A stretch of 64,000 bases of DNA from assembly GCA_013239625.1 (NCBI GenBank), contig MU054001.1, forward strand, positions 4,938,167 through 5,002,166, given 5' to 3'. The translations under genes and the position numbers were made by a program. Of this stretch, positions 25,957 through 36,790 are shown one piece after another; position 1 is the first letter of the stretch; each line of letters opens with the position of its first letter. The DNA comes from Lama guanicoe. Its lineage: Eukaryota. The notes beneath the pieces are model-generated. The model made no database searches, was not told the origin of the DNA, and was given only the letters and a program-made list of their open reading frames with translations.

Positions 25957-26291
25957 TGCTCTGGTTCCTGCTCACTCCTCCCTCTGTCCCCATGGCTCAG
26001 AAGGAAGCCATGAGGGGCCCCTTGCTGGAGGCCTCCCCTTTCCAGGGGCACTCCTGAGTGGTCTTTAGGGGGAGGTGGTACCCGGGAGGAACGCACTCTG
26101 CCGCAGAGGTGCAAGTCTTCCCACCAGGGTGCACGGGGTGGGGGATGGGAGCTCGGCGGGTGGACTGATCCATTGTGGGTGCTTGTGTAGGGCAGGAATG
26201 AATTTTAGAGCCTTAAATTAAAAGAAAAAAGGGGGCCATACCCCATGTAGGATGGAGGGGTAGCAGGGCTAGGGAGGCAGGGCTGCATCAC

Positions 26292-26405
26292 CTGCTCAGA
26301 GAGTGGCGCCTGGTGATTCTGTCCCTGCAGTTTCTGGACGTTTTGGGCTTTCTTTTCTTCCTTCCTAGGTGCTTCAGAGAATGTCACCCCCTTAGATTTG
26401 TTCTT
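26292..26405 (-). CDS. C16orf78: C16orf78 coding exon 2 (KNKSKGVTFS...HQAPLSEQ, 38 aa)
   Basis: Acceptor ctcctacctgttgtttcag|AAG and donor CAG|GTGATG; 114 nt, phase 0/0. Lys-rich KEEKK motif as in the recalled human protein. Confidence 0.85.
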
Positions 26406-28029
26406 CTGAAACAACAGGTAGGAGAGCCTTGTGGCCACCTCAGTGGGCCCAGACCTGCCCCTGTCCCACAGAGGGGAAGGCTTCACCTGGATTTAATACC
26501 AACTCTGGCGCTCCTGTCCCCCATCTTGGTCCTTCTGCCTCCGGACATGCCCTGCTGTCCATATCACACCACCTCCAGAATGACCTCAAACCCTAGGTCT
26601 GGCTATCCTTAGGGAGCACCAGGGCCCAGCGGGGGAGGGGCCCACAGAGGTGCGTCCAGGCGGGCCTGGAAGGGGTGGGCATGGGGTGCTGGAGCACCAC
26701 AGGAAGAGCCGGACTGACCGGGCCTCCTCTCGGGGTGTGCCGTGGGGTCTCAGGGTCGTGGGGCCATGACTGGTCTCCAGGTCACATGGCCTGGCTTGCA
26801 ATCCTGCTCTACGGCTCAGTGGCTGAGCAACTCTGGGGAGGGGACTGCTCTCTCTGTGGCTTAGTTTCCTTATCTGAAGATGGGGGCAATAGCAGGACCT
26901 ACTTCACAGGGTTATCTTGGAAGATAAATGAACCACTGCCTGCAAGTGCTAAGCCCCCCGTGAATGCAACAATATGTGGGCGGAAGGCGTTAGAAGGAGT
27001 GTTGTGATGAAGGAGCTGTCCAAGGGTGTGTTTCAGGCCATCTAAAGAGGAGGTGTTGGGGTTTCGTTTGGCTTCGGGGAAGGGGTGTGAGCTGGGGCCA
27101 GGGCTGATGGCAGGTTGAACAGAGAGAGATGATAGACAGCTCCTCCAGGCGTGGCCTTCCTCCCGCCTTCTCCTCTCGACCCTCAGCTCTCCTCCAGTGT
27201 CACCGGAGTAGCTGCTGCCCCCTTTATAGAGGAAGCCGACTGGAACTGGTGTGGCGACACCACAGACCCAAGAAAACTGCAAAAGCTGCTGATCCAGTGG
27301 CCGAGACTTTGAACTTCAGGGGTCTTCTTGGATGCCAAGCAGGTCAGAGGGGCACCGCCCTCTGGGTAGCACCATCATCCATGCTGAAGAGGGGAAAAAC
27401 CTGGACCACCAGGAGACGGGAGAGGAGGCTGCAGTCAACCCTCCTCCAACCGTTTTCACGAAAGGGCCCCCCCCCCGCCCCGGCACCTGCCGTCTGAGAC
27501 CTGCCACAGAAGCATCACCCTCTTTCTCAGGAGCTCCTTTCAAAATCCAAATGCTTCTGGCAAGGGTCATGATGCTTGCAGATTTAATTGTACTTTCAAT
27601 TTAAACTTGTTTCCTCCCTGGATCCAAAACTATTTACAATGGAAATCGCATATAAGGTCAAGCGGTGAAAACATTATCAGGATGTGATCTTAGTGAGAAG
27701 AGATGGGATCGGATATTATTAATCATAGAAGTGAATATAATTTCTGTGATTGATGTTGAGTTCTGAGAGGTCCATCAATCAAGCTTTAATACCACCCCCC
27801 CCCCAAAAAAAAACTGGAGGGCGGGGAGTCGGGTAGGTAAATCACTAGCGCCTTTGTGTAAAACATGTTTGCCAGGAGTATTTAAGCGTGTCTGATGGAA
27901 CTGGCACTCGGCAGCTCTCTGACAATAAATGAGCAGCACATAACCAGAATGGAAACTTCTCTGAACGGCAGGGGGCGCTGGATTGAGTGAGGCAGAGAAA
28001 GCGGAGGTGGTGATGGGGAGTTGGCCTGA

Positions 28030-28270
28030 TAGCTTGGGAACAGGATAAGTCTGAGTTTGAGCCCTGGCTCAGCCCTTCACTAGCTCTGTGAGCTCAAGCA
28101 AATTATTCATCTTCACCTTGGCTTCCCTTTCCTTCAGCTGGCAGGGGAAGGGGGGCGGTTAAGAATAGTGCCTACTTTGTGCCTTGTTGGGAGCATTTGA
28201 CGAACATCTCATGGCATGCTAAGCACAGGGCCTGGCATGTTGGAAACGCTTAATAAAAGTTATCATTGTT
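28030..28270 (+). mobile_element. MIR SINE
   Basis: tctgagtttgagccctggctcagcccttcactagctctgtgag...cacagggcctggcatg. Confidence 0.6.
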
Positions 28271-28343
28271 GGGTGAGGGTATAGCTCAGTGGTAGAGCGT
28301 ATGCTTGGCATGCACAAGGTCCTGAGTTCAAAATCCCCAGTAC

Positions 28344-28382
<39 letters not shown>

Positions 28383-28384
28383 TG

Positions 28385-28419
<35 letters not shown>

Positions 28420-28424
28420 GCATC
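28271..28424 (+). mobile_element. tRNA-derived SINE (camelid vic-1-like) with (CA)n tail
   Basis: A-box TAGCTCAGTGG and B-box-like GAGTTCAAAAT. Target-site duplication AAAAGTTATCA(T/C)TGTT at 28255-28270 and 28425-28440. Confidence 0.85.
28346..28418. repeat. Interrupted (CA)n microsatellite
   Basis: Two CA arrays separated by cgtgcgtgcacg. Confidence 0.95.
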
Positions 28425-28629
28425 AAAAGTTATCACTGTTGTTAGCAATGCCATTTTGCCCATTTTTCTCGGGGCCAGGGGAGGAGAGACCAGGTAGCAT
28501 CCTCTGTAGAAAGAGATCACTTTCTAAGGACATGGCTTGATTTCCCATAGATGATGGGCCCAGAGGGGAACTCTGGGGGAAACTGAGGCCAAAGTGGTTG
28601 CCAGAGTTCCTGGAGAAAAAGGGAAGTGT

Positions 28630-29106
28630 GGTTCTACTGATTGAATGTTTGTGTCTCTCCCACCAAATTCATATGTTGAAATCCTAACTCCTAGAGTGAT
28701 GGTGTTAGGAGGTGGGGCCTTGGGAGCTGGTTAGGTCATGAGGGTGGAGCCTTCATGTGTGGGATTAGGGCCTTATAAATAAAGAGGCCCAGAGAGCTCT
28801 CCTGTCTCTTCCTCCATATGAAGAGGTAGCAAGAAGGTGGCCATCTATGTTTATTTATTTATTTATTTTGATGGAGGTACTGGGGATTGAACCCAGGACC
28901 TTGTACATGCTAAGCACGTGCTCTACCACTGAGATACACCCTCCCCCAGGTGGCCATCTGTGAACCAGGAAGCAGACCTTCATCAGATACCAAATCTACT
29001 TGATCTAGGGCTTCCCAGCCTCCAGATCTGTGAGAGCGTAATTTCTGTTGTTATAAGCGGCCTGGTCTATAGCATTGGGTTCTAGCAGCCCAAATAGACT
29101 AAGACA
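28630..29106 (+). mobile_element. MLT1A-like ERVL-MaLR LTR (interrupted by a SINE)
   Basis: gaatgtttgtgtc...aaattcatatgttgaaatcctaac...ctaagaca matches the recalled MLT1A consensus. Confidence 0.8.
28850..28947 (-). mobile_element. tRNA-derived SINE (vic-1-like) inserted in an MLT1A LTR
   Basis: Same SINE body reversed, with (TTTA)n tail on the + strand. TSD AGGTGGCCATCT at 28835-28846 and 28948-28959. Confidence 0.85.
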
Positions 29107-29299
29107 GACAGGTTACAACTAGTTCTGTTGCAGGATAGAAATGCAGAGGTATGTTAGCAGGGGTCCCAGTGCAGGTAGTGGTGGAGGAGACTGATGCCCT
29201 GGAGCCATCATGAGGACGGAAGTGCCTGGAGACAGTGGGAAGGACCCGTTCTGCCACCAAGACCCTAGAAATTATTGTCCTTCAGTCCTTCTCGAACAC

Positions 29300-29753
29300 T
29301 GACCAAGACGGCCCTGACATTCCCCTCACCTTGAGTAAACCAGCCAGGTTTCTTCCTGGACTCTAGACCCTTGACCACCCTTTTCTGAGAACAATTCCTT
29401 TGGAAAACTTGTAAACTCTTTCTCTGATCCTTTGAGATGTAAATCTTCACCCAGCCTCCTGCCAGTTTTACAGTCCAAGAGTATTTTTCTCAAGGACCTG
29501 GGAGCCATCCCTTTGAAATGTAATCATCAGGAAAAGACAGCACTCCCACCTCCAGTCTCTGTGGGAGGGCAGGAGCCTAACTACACAGGGAGAGTTAGCA
29601 AACACAGATGGCCTGATCATATCCACAACACCCCCCAACCCCATCCTCCAGTGCTCTCCTCCTGGCTCACCCCAGTGCTTAAAACGCTCTCTCCCCATCA
29701 CATCATATTGCAATAGCCTTGAGTGAAGTCTTCCTCGCAAGTTTCCTTTGACA
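29300..29753 (+). mobile_element. Solo ERV1-class LTR (MER39/MER93-like) at the start of C16orf78 intron 1
   Basis: TG...CA ends. Internal motifs tttgagatgtaaatcttc and ctcaaggacctgggagccatccctttgaaatgtaa recall MER4-group LTRs. Flanked by the direct repeat GAACAC. Confidence 0.75.
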
Positions 29754-29761
29754 GAACACAC

Positions 29762-29911
29762 CTGGAGAGATTGCGCCTTCTTCCTCTGCCTCCGCTCCAG
29801 CCACTCCAACACCCGCGTGAGGTCCGACATCCGCCTCTCCTCAGCCGACCTCCACACGTGCTTCCTCTCTGTAGGCAGCGAGTCCTTCAGGTCCTCTGGC
29901 TTCTCTGTCAT
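29762..29911 (-). CDS. C16orf78: C16orf78 orthologue, coding exon 1 (MTEKPEDLKD...RQRKKAQSLQ, 50 aa)
   Basis: ATG at 29911-29909, with an extra in-frame ATG at 29914. The translation contains RRMSDLTRVLEWLERRQ, matching the recalled human C16orf78 N-terminus (RRMSDLTCVLEWLERRQ). Donor CAG|GTGTGT at 29761, phase 0. Confidence 0.92.
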
Positions 29912-29914
29912 CAT

Positions 29915-30010
29915 GGAGCCTTGGTCGTGACTTGGGCGGGAAGGTGGCACACTCTCACTTTGTCGAACCCTCTGCCTCTGCTTGCTGGCCTGGGTGACTC
30001 AGATGGTAGG
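29915..30010 (-). promoter_or_regulatory. Presumed C16orf78 5'UTR / proximal promoter
   Basis: Immediately upstream of the ATG. GGGCGGG at 29934-29940 and TGACTCA near 29995; no obvious TATA box. Confidence 0.35.
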
Positions 30011-30429
30011 ACGTTTTCCTCATGTGATGAACATGAATGTGAACATATTTTGGCAGTATTAGACCACAGATGGGATTCTGACTTTAAAAAGGTAGGAGGT
30101 CTAGCGGGTGATTATGAGGTCACTGTCAGGCTGGTCCATGAGGGTCAGAGTGGAGTGGGACACTGGCATCCCTATGTGGCCGCTGTCCCTCTCTCAGCAC
30201 TGTCCATCACCTGGACTCTGCCACAGCCTCCTGTATGGCCTCTCCACTTCCATTTCCAGAGAGATCTTACTAAAACAAAGGTCAGTTCCCATAGTTCCTC
30301 TTATCAAAAGCCTTCAGTGGGTCCCTGGAGCTTATTAAAACATCTGAATTCCTTAGTTTGGTAGGCTTTCCACAACATAATCTAATTAAAATGGAGATTT
30401 TTAGAGGCTGAATTACTTTTATATTTGTT

Positions 30430-30830
30430 GAAAAGACAGTTACCAGATGCCAACTATGTGCCAGACATGGTGCTGGGGATACAAAACAAGATAAAAAACA
30501 TAGTCAGATCTTGTGAAACATATGGGCTACTGGGAGAGATGAGACAGCAGTCAAATAATTACCCTATGAATCCGTCATGACAAGTGAAGGTGAATGCTCT
30601 GAAGGAAAGGAATATAATCCTAAGAACTAGCCAAAACAAAAGAGCCAGACGTGGATGCGTAGCGGGTGGATCACAATGGGGGAATGAGTGGAGCTAAAGT
30701 GTAAGCAGGCCTCAGTGGGGCCCTAGACAGGGGGACAAGCAAGTGTAAAGGCCCTGTGGCAGGATGGAAGCAGGGAACATTTGAGGACTAGCAGAAGGCC
30801 AAGGTGGCTAGAGTACCAGATAGTGATTAA
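30430..30830 (-). mobile_element. L2 fragment
   Basis: actatgtgccagacatggtgctggggataca...aagtgtaaaggccctgtggcagga. Confidence 0.6.
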
Positions 30831-32514
30831 GTAGAGAGTCAGTCTTCAAGGAGCTTGTCGTTTCCTTGCAGAGACACCTACAAAGCCTGGCGGGCACTGT
30901 TGTGCCTCCCGGTGCTTCCTCCGTGGTTCCCCCTTGAGGTTCAGGTGAGTAAACACGACTTCATTTTGAGGGAAGGCACCCCGTTGATCTGAGCCAATGA
31001 ATACAAGGCACTCCCCAGGCTAGAGTGATTGGCACGAGAGGGGCTCAGTCAGCCTGGAAGTGGGAGCTTTTGCTTGGAATGTGAGGAGAAGTCTTCATGT
31101 CAATAGTGGGGCATTTGGATGTGAAGCCTGGAATGGTGGTAAGAATTTTTTCTGATGGGGGACGGAAGCTACCATGAAGACGAACCCCATTCAAAGAGCA
31201 GGGCAGAGCCAACAGACCCACTGAAAACACAAGCCAGCATCTGAGTTTTTCAGACTTTTAATGTGTAACTCCACCTGAGTTGTATTTCTGTCACTTGCCA
31301 TCAAACCTTTTATGTCATACAAACAGCAAATACAGGGGCAATGGTAATAGTGAAGTAGTGACATTACAAAAAAGTGCAGAGGGAACACAAGAGAGGGCAC
31401 GGTAAAGTCTGCCTGGAGGGATCAGAGTAGACTCTGCCAAGGAAGTATTAGAGCTCGGTCTTGAAGGATGCAGAGGACTTTGACAAGAGGGAAATTACAT
31501 CCCAGCCGGAGGGAGCTGCACCGGCCAATGGTGGTGTACGCGGAGGGAATAATCTGTGTGTCCAGAGAGTGGAGGCTGGGGGAAGGGCGTGGAGGGTTAC
31601 TTTGGAGCAAGGGAATGAAGGTGCTGGAATGCTTTGTTGCTTTAGAAATTTCATTCGTTCACTCAACAAGCAGCTCCTGAGTGCTTTTGATGGGCCAGGC
31701 AAGTGATGTGAACAGCAGTAGAGGCAGGTGGGGAGGAGAGCGGGCATGCTGAGCTGGAAGATCTCAGGACGACGCCCTGTGTACATTGAGACAGCATCAA
31801 GTAGAGCACTGTTGCCGGCAAGGCTGGATCCCAGGTCCAGATTGAATCTGGGATTGTGCTGAGGGTTGACAGAAAGAAATGAACTGTAGGAATTTGGGGG
31901 TGGAGGGGGGAACAATAGCCCCTAACCCCACCAAATAGTCCTTACAGAAACAAATTGCAACATGATGTTTATTAAGGCTTTAATAAAAAAGACATTAGCC
32001 AGCGGTGCAAAAGAAATAAACAGTGTGTCAGGGGAAGATTTTTTTTTTTAATGTGCTTTCTGTCATCAGAACCAACATGCAATCCTATCCCTGGCTGGGC
32101 CCAGGCTTGCTTTTCCTGGCTCTGTCTTGGGGACACGGGATGGGTTGGTTAAGAGAGGTGGAGACTTGGTGACCTGTACCCAGGGAGCCTTGGACAGCTT
32201 CCTCCCTCCCTTCCTTTAACAAATGTTATGGCAGAACTTGGGGAGTCAAGAGGCACTCAGACTGCAATTGAAGTTCCAAGATTGCAAGACGGGACCGCTG
32301 GGGCATTCTGAGTGTCAGAGCTAGAAACGCTCTTGGAGTCCCCTAGTACGCCCTCTCATTTCACAGATGAGGAGGAGACCAGAGCCCCAAGAGCCCAGGA
32401 GACCTGCTCAAGGTCAAAGCCAAATTGTGGGACCCAGAAATTCCATTAATAATAATGAGGCCCAGAAGAATCTGTATACGTCCCTCAAGACTTTTTATAT
32501 CTGCCGCATTAAAT

Positions 32515-32790
32515 CAGGGGTCTCAGGTTCAAGTGTGAAGCAGGTGACATGAAGGAGCGAAGCTGGCTGAGTGTAGGCAGTAGGGAGTGTGTGGAGTCAG
32601 GTGAACGGGCAAGCTGTCACTAAACTACCGCCGACTGTGGCCACGTGGCAAGGTCAGTCCGGTGGCGCCAGATCGTCTGAGGTTTTAAGAGAATCCAGAA
32701 ATCCAGATGTTTATGTGAAATTAGTTAGAAATAAACTTAAAAAGAAATGCTGATTAGGCAAAACCTACGTGGCCTTGTTCAGACCTAGGA
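32515..32790 (-). mobile_element. MER102-like hAT-Charlie element
   Basis: caggggtctca...gccagatcgtctgaggttttaagagaatccagaaatccagatgtttatgtgaaat. Confidence 0.65.
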
Positions 32791-33727
32791 TTGCACATTT
32801 GTGGCCTCTGCCTCTTTGGACCCTCACCACGGCGGGACGCTCTGTGAGGGCAAAGGACTGAGGATGAAAGGAGGCAGAGAGAGGGGGAGGTGACTGCCCA
32901 AGTCCACTCAGCTGGGAATAAGTACGTCCAGGACTGGAACCCAGTTCTCCTGACCTGCAGCCCATGAGAGCACTGTGGGGCTCCAGGAGAAAGGAGTCTG
33001 AGAAACAAGGTTCAAGCAGCAGCCCCTCTTTAAGAGTTGAGGAGATCTCAAGTGTCAAGATAGGTTTGAGCACCTCCAAGCATCCCGGCTCAGGCTGGGG
33101 GGATCCTGGGGGCGAAGTCCACACGGGTTTTTCCACCTGGTGCTGCATGGTTCCTATAGAGAGGGGCTAGCTGTCTTTTTTGATTTTGTCCTCCTTTCTG
33201 GCATTTTAATAGTCAGTATCATTGCAGTATATAAGGGTTATTTAAAATATATATAATCTTATTAGCGAGAACCAGCGTCCCTGTGGCTGGTCCAAGTTCC
33301 GGAGAACAGCCATTGGTCCCAGTCTCGGCAGGGTGCCTGCGGCAGGTGGCTCTGACTCCCAGAGTGCCACATCTGCCCTAGTTTTTGAGGACACTCCAAG
33401 CAAATGTCTCAATTAGGCCTCAGGATGGATGTGCTGTGGAGGGGGCTGTGATTTACGTACCCAGAGCTCTGCAGCCTCCGCTGTCCTGGAAATGTCCTTC
33501 CCTTGCTCTGCAGGGCCCCACAGAGGCTGTCGGCTGCCCAGGGCCCAGGCCTCAGGCTGGATGGCTCTGAGGATGGTGTTAAATGCTGAGCATCATGGAA
33601 GTGGGGAGACCGGGCTGATGGGGGTGCCCGAGGCTGGGGCCGAGGCTCGCCTGGCTCTGCCTCGTTTGCTTGTGACCTTGGACTTGCTGTCTGGCCTTTT
33701 TGATCTTCTAGCAACTAGGGCTCCATT

Positions 33728-33993
33728 ACAAGTTGCAAACTGGTGCAAGGGGTATTTGATCCACAGATATTTTTTGTTCAGCCTGCAAAGAGTTTTATAA
33801 ATCTGGGCATTTCATAAAAACATTCAAAATTCTGATTTGTTTAATAGATGGTGATCTGGTATGACTGGGCTGCCACCGTCCCCCTTGAGATGGGGCACAT
33901 GCCATCTCTGGCCTCAGCCCTTCCCTTCTGGCCAGCTTTATCCATCTATAAGACCCACTTGTCCCCTGAAGACATGTGAGTTTATGACCCTGG
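33728..33993 (+). mobile_element. MER102-like hAT-Charlie element
   Basis: gttgcaaactgg...ccacagatattttttgttcagcctgca...tgagtttatgaccctg. Confidence 0.6.
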
Positions 33994-34399
33994 AGGAGTC
34001 AGTAATTCTAAACACTTTACAAAATTACAAAGACAAATTTGTCTCCTTCTAGCCTTGATCTGAAGAAACAGGGATTCTTACCCCATTTCACAGGTCAAAG
34101 ACATGAAATCGCCCAGGCCCTGGGCTGTCTGGTTTCTGTGTGCTGATTCCACCTGTCTGGTCCCCGGGGCCCACCTGGGCTGACTGAGGCTGAGGGGTTG
34201 ACTGGGTCCGTTCCTTTCTCTGTGGCTTTCTAATTACGCGCCCACAGGGAGGCTGTTTCTCCACAGACTTAGGTTTCCTCATCTGTAAAATGGCACTAAC
34301 CTCAGCCTTGCTTTGCTCATGGGGATCTTGGGAGGTGCTCCTAAGACAATCAAGGACTTTGCAAAGTTGCAGAAACTCAGGACACCTGACAGTGTCACG

Positions 34400-34625
34400 A
34401 TTACAGCATAATGATTCAGAGTACAGGCTCTGGAGAGGAATCCACCCTGTGCCAGCTGTGTGCCCTTGGGCAGGTCACTTAACCTCTCTGGTCTAAGTTT
34501 TCTCTTCTGTAAAATAAAGTCAGTAATAGTTCTTACTCCAAGCAATTGTGCGCATTCAGTGAACTAACTGGATAAAGTGCTTAGCACTGTGCCAGACATA
34601 CAATATGTGCTTAATAAATGGTAGC
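34400..34625 (+). mobile_element. MIR SINE
   Basis: agctgtgtgcccttgggcaggtcacttaacctctctg...taaagtgcttagcactgtgccagacata. Confidence 0.75.
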
Positions 34626-36574
34626 CATGAGTACATAACATGGACGAATGCACAGGCCTACGATATGGCCAAAGGTGGGAGTGATGTAGGAGTGCTGATC
34701 CCACAGAACAATGGCCCTGGGAGGGCCAGTACAAGGGGCCCAACCTGGGGCAATAGCACAGAAACAACTCCAGCCAAGACCAGGCCACGGCCGCCCCCTC
34801 TTCCTCCTCCATGGCAGCGCAGCAAGAATCAGCAAGGAAGGACTTGGGGTTCGGCTTGGGCTCTGGGAGGGCTTGTCCTGCTGCTCAGAAGGATGGCTCG
34901 GGGCTCATTCCTCACTACTCCCCACCTCTCAGGGAAAGGCAGCCTGGAGGTCTGGTCCAGGGGGTGAACGGGGTTGGGGGGAGGTGACCCCAGGTGCTGG
35001 ACAACACGATCAAAGGCAGGGGTGGGGGATGATAAGCTGGTCCTACTGGGGTCTGCTGTGGGCAAGTTCCAGCCTCCCTCTGCTTTCCCAGCTCAATTAT
35101 TATCATTGTAATTTAAAAGGGAATGAATCCCCTGCTCCCAGGGGAGTGGCAGGAGCCTGTGGGGCTGAAGGAGGGAGGGACAGGCGCACTGCATGTGATG
35201 AGAGCCAGCCGGCTGTTCCTCGCTGTTGTGCAGGAAGTGATCCTGCAGTGACTTCGTCCTCAAAGAGCCCTAGATGAGGACTGTGTGTGCACGGGGTGGG
35301 AAGGGAGACTAGGCTGACACCCACTCCGAGGACCACAGCTTTCTGGCCATTTGAGTCTACGATACATGTACTGGGGGGAGCGTGGCAGGGGGTGGATTTA
35401 AGCCTGCCAGCCCCAGGGGAAATGGCTCAAATGTGACCCCAGGGCTGATGTGGGCTCCTGAGCAGTATTGTATTAGGGGCCAGGCGCTATCTGGACGTTC
35501 CCATGTAGTTCCTCGTTTCATTCTCCCACTGAACCAGACACAGAGGTATTGTCACTCCCTTACCACAGCTGGGGACGTCAAGGTTCAAGGAGCTGAAGTC
35601 GCTTGTGGAGGTCCCACCACTTGCAGACAGGGGATCCGGTTCCTCCTGCTTCCCAGGAAAGTGGGCGCTATTCTCACTGTGTAGATGAAGAGACCGAGGC
35701 TCAGGGAGGAGACGGAGCTGTGGTCCCACTGCCGGGCGCTGGAGGGTAAGATGTAAACTAGCCCTTGGCCTTGGAGTCCACTGCCCTTTCCAGGTAACCA
35801 AGCCGGGGAAGGTTCTCAGGATGCGACCACTGGTCTCTCTCTGAAAAGCTTCCCTCCCCACAGGTACTTTCTCCATTTCTTGCTCCTCCACAAAGGCTGA
35901 GGACAACCTGGGCTGCTCTGCCCTCTGGCAGGGCCAGTGGAGTGTCCTGGGCAGGACAGTTGACTCAGGGGCCAGACCAGTGGGAATGGAATCCTGGCTC
36001 TGCTACTTGGCATCTTTGGCAAGTAAACACATCACCACCACCAGCAAACCCTCCAGTGCCTATCTTCCCTCATCTGTGAAACAGGATGAAGTGATACTAT
36101 GTATCTCAGAGATTCCTGTGAAGAGTTATTAAATCAGGCTTTACAAGTGCGCCTGGCACAGAAAAGGGCCAGCTCCTGGTATTTTGGGGCATGTAAATGG
36201 CTATGTTGGGGGGTGGGTTGAACACTGGGCTGGCCCCCACCTGGGCTCCTTTTCTCTCTAGGTCTGAGTTTCCTTGCTTCTGCTCAGTTTCTTAGCACTC
36301 TCTCACCTCCAGTTCTGAGTCTGGGGTTTTGGTGTGCTAGTAGGGGCCCCTTGACCACCTGACAGACATTCAGCCCTCACGTGCAGCAGTGCCCACACTA
36401 ACACACGGGTCCCCTCTGTCAAACATGGAGCCCATGATTGTCAGTTCTTGCGGCCCCACTGCCCTCCTCCCCTAACCCTTGCTTCTGCCCCCAGAGCATC
36501 ACGGGAACCCCACCAGGTCTCAGCCCTGCCCCGGGGGACATGACACTTCTGAGCCTCAATGTCTATCCCAGAGG

Positions 36575-36790
36575 CTGTTGTGGGGGTGGCTTCTGCCCCT
36601 GCAGCAGACGTTTAACAATGACTGGGAACATTTTTGGATGTGACAACTGGGGGAGGCGTGCTCCTGGCATCTTCTAGCGGGTGGAGGTCAGGGACGCTGC
36701 TGTTAAACATCTTACGGAGCACAGGCCAGCCCCCACAACAGAGAATTATCTGCCCCAAATGTCAATAGTGCTGAAATTGGGAAATCTTGG
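36575..36790 (+). mobile_element. MER20 hAT-Charlie element
   Basis: ggcatcttctagcgggtggaggtcagggacgctgct...cccccacaacagagaattatctgccccaaatgtcaatagtgctga. Confidence 0.8.

Noticed and set aside
28271..28345. tRNA-like sequence (A and B boxes)
   Set aside because: It has a TSD, a simple-repeat tail and three diverged sister copies, so it is a SINE and not a tRNA gene.
29723..30364. 213-aa + strand ORF overlapping C16orf78 exon 1
   Set aside because: It has a non-ATG start inside the LTR and is an antisense shadow of a real exon; nothing supports it as a protein.
35133..35142. EBF-type TCCCNNGGGA motifs (also near 22163), tempting because ZNF423 partners EBF
   Set aside because: Such motifs are expected by chance in GC-rich DNA, and there is no clustering or other support.
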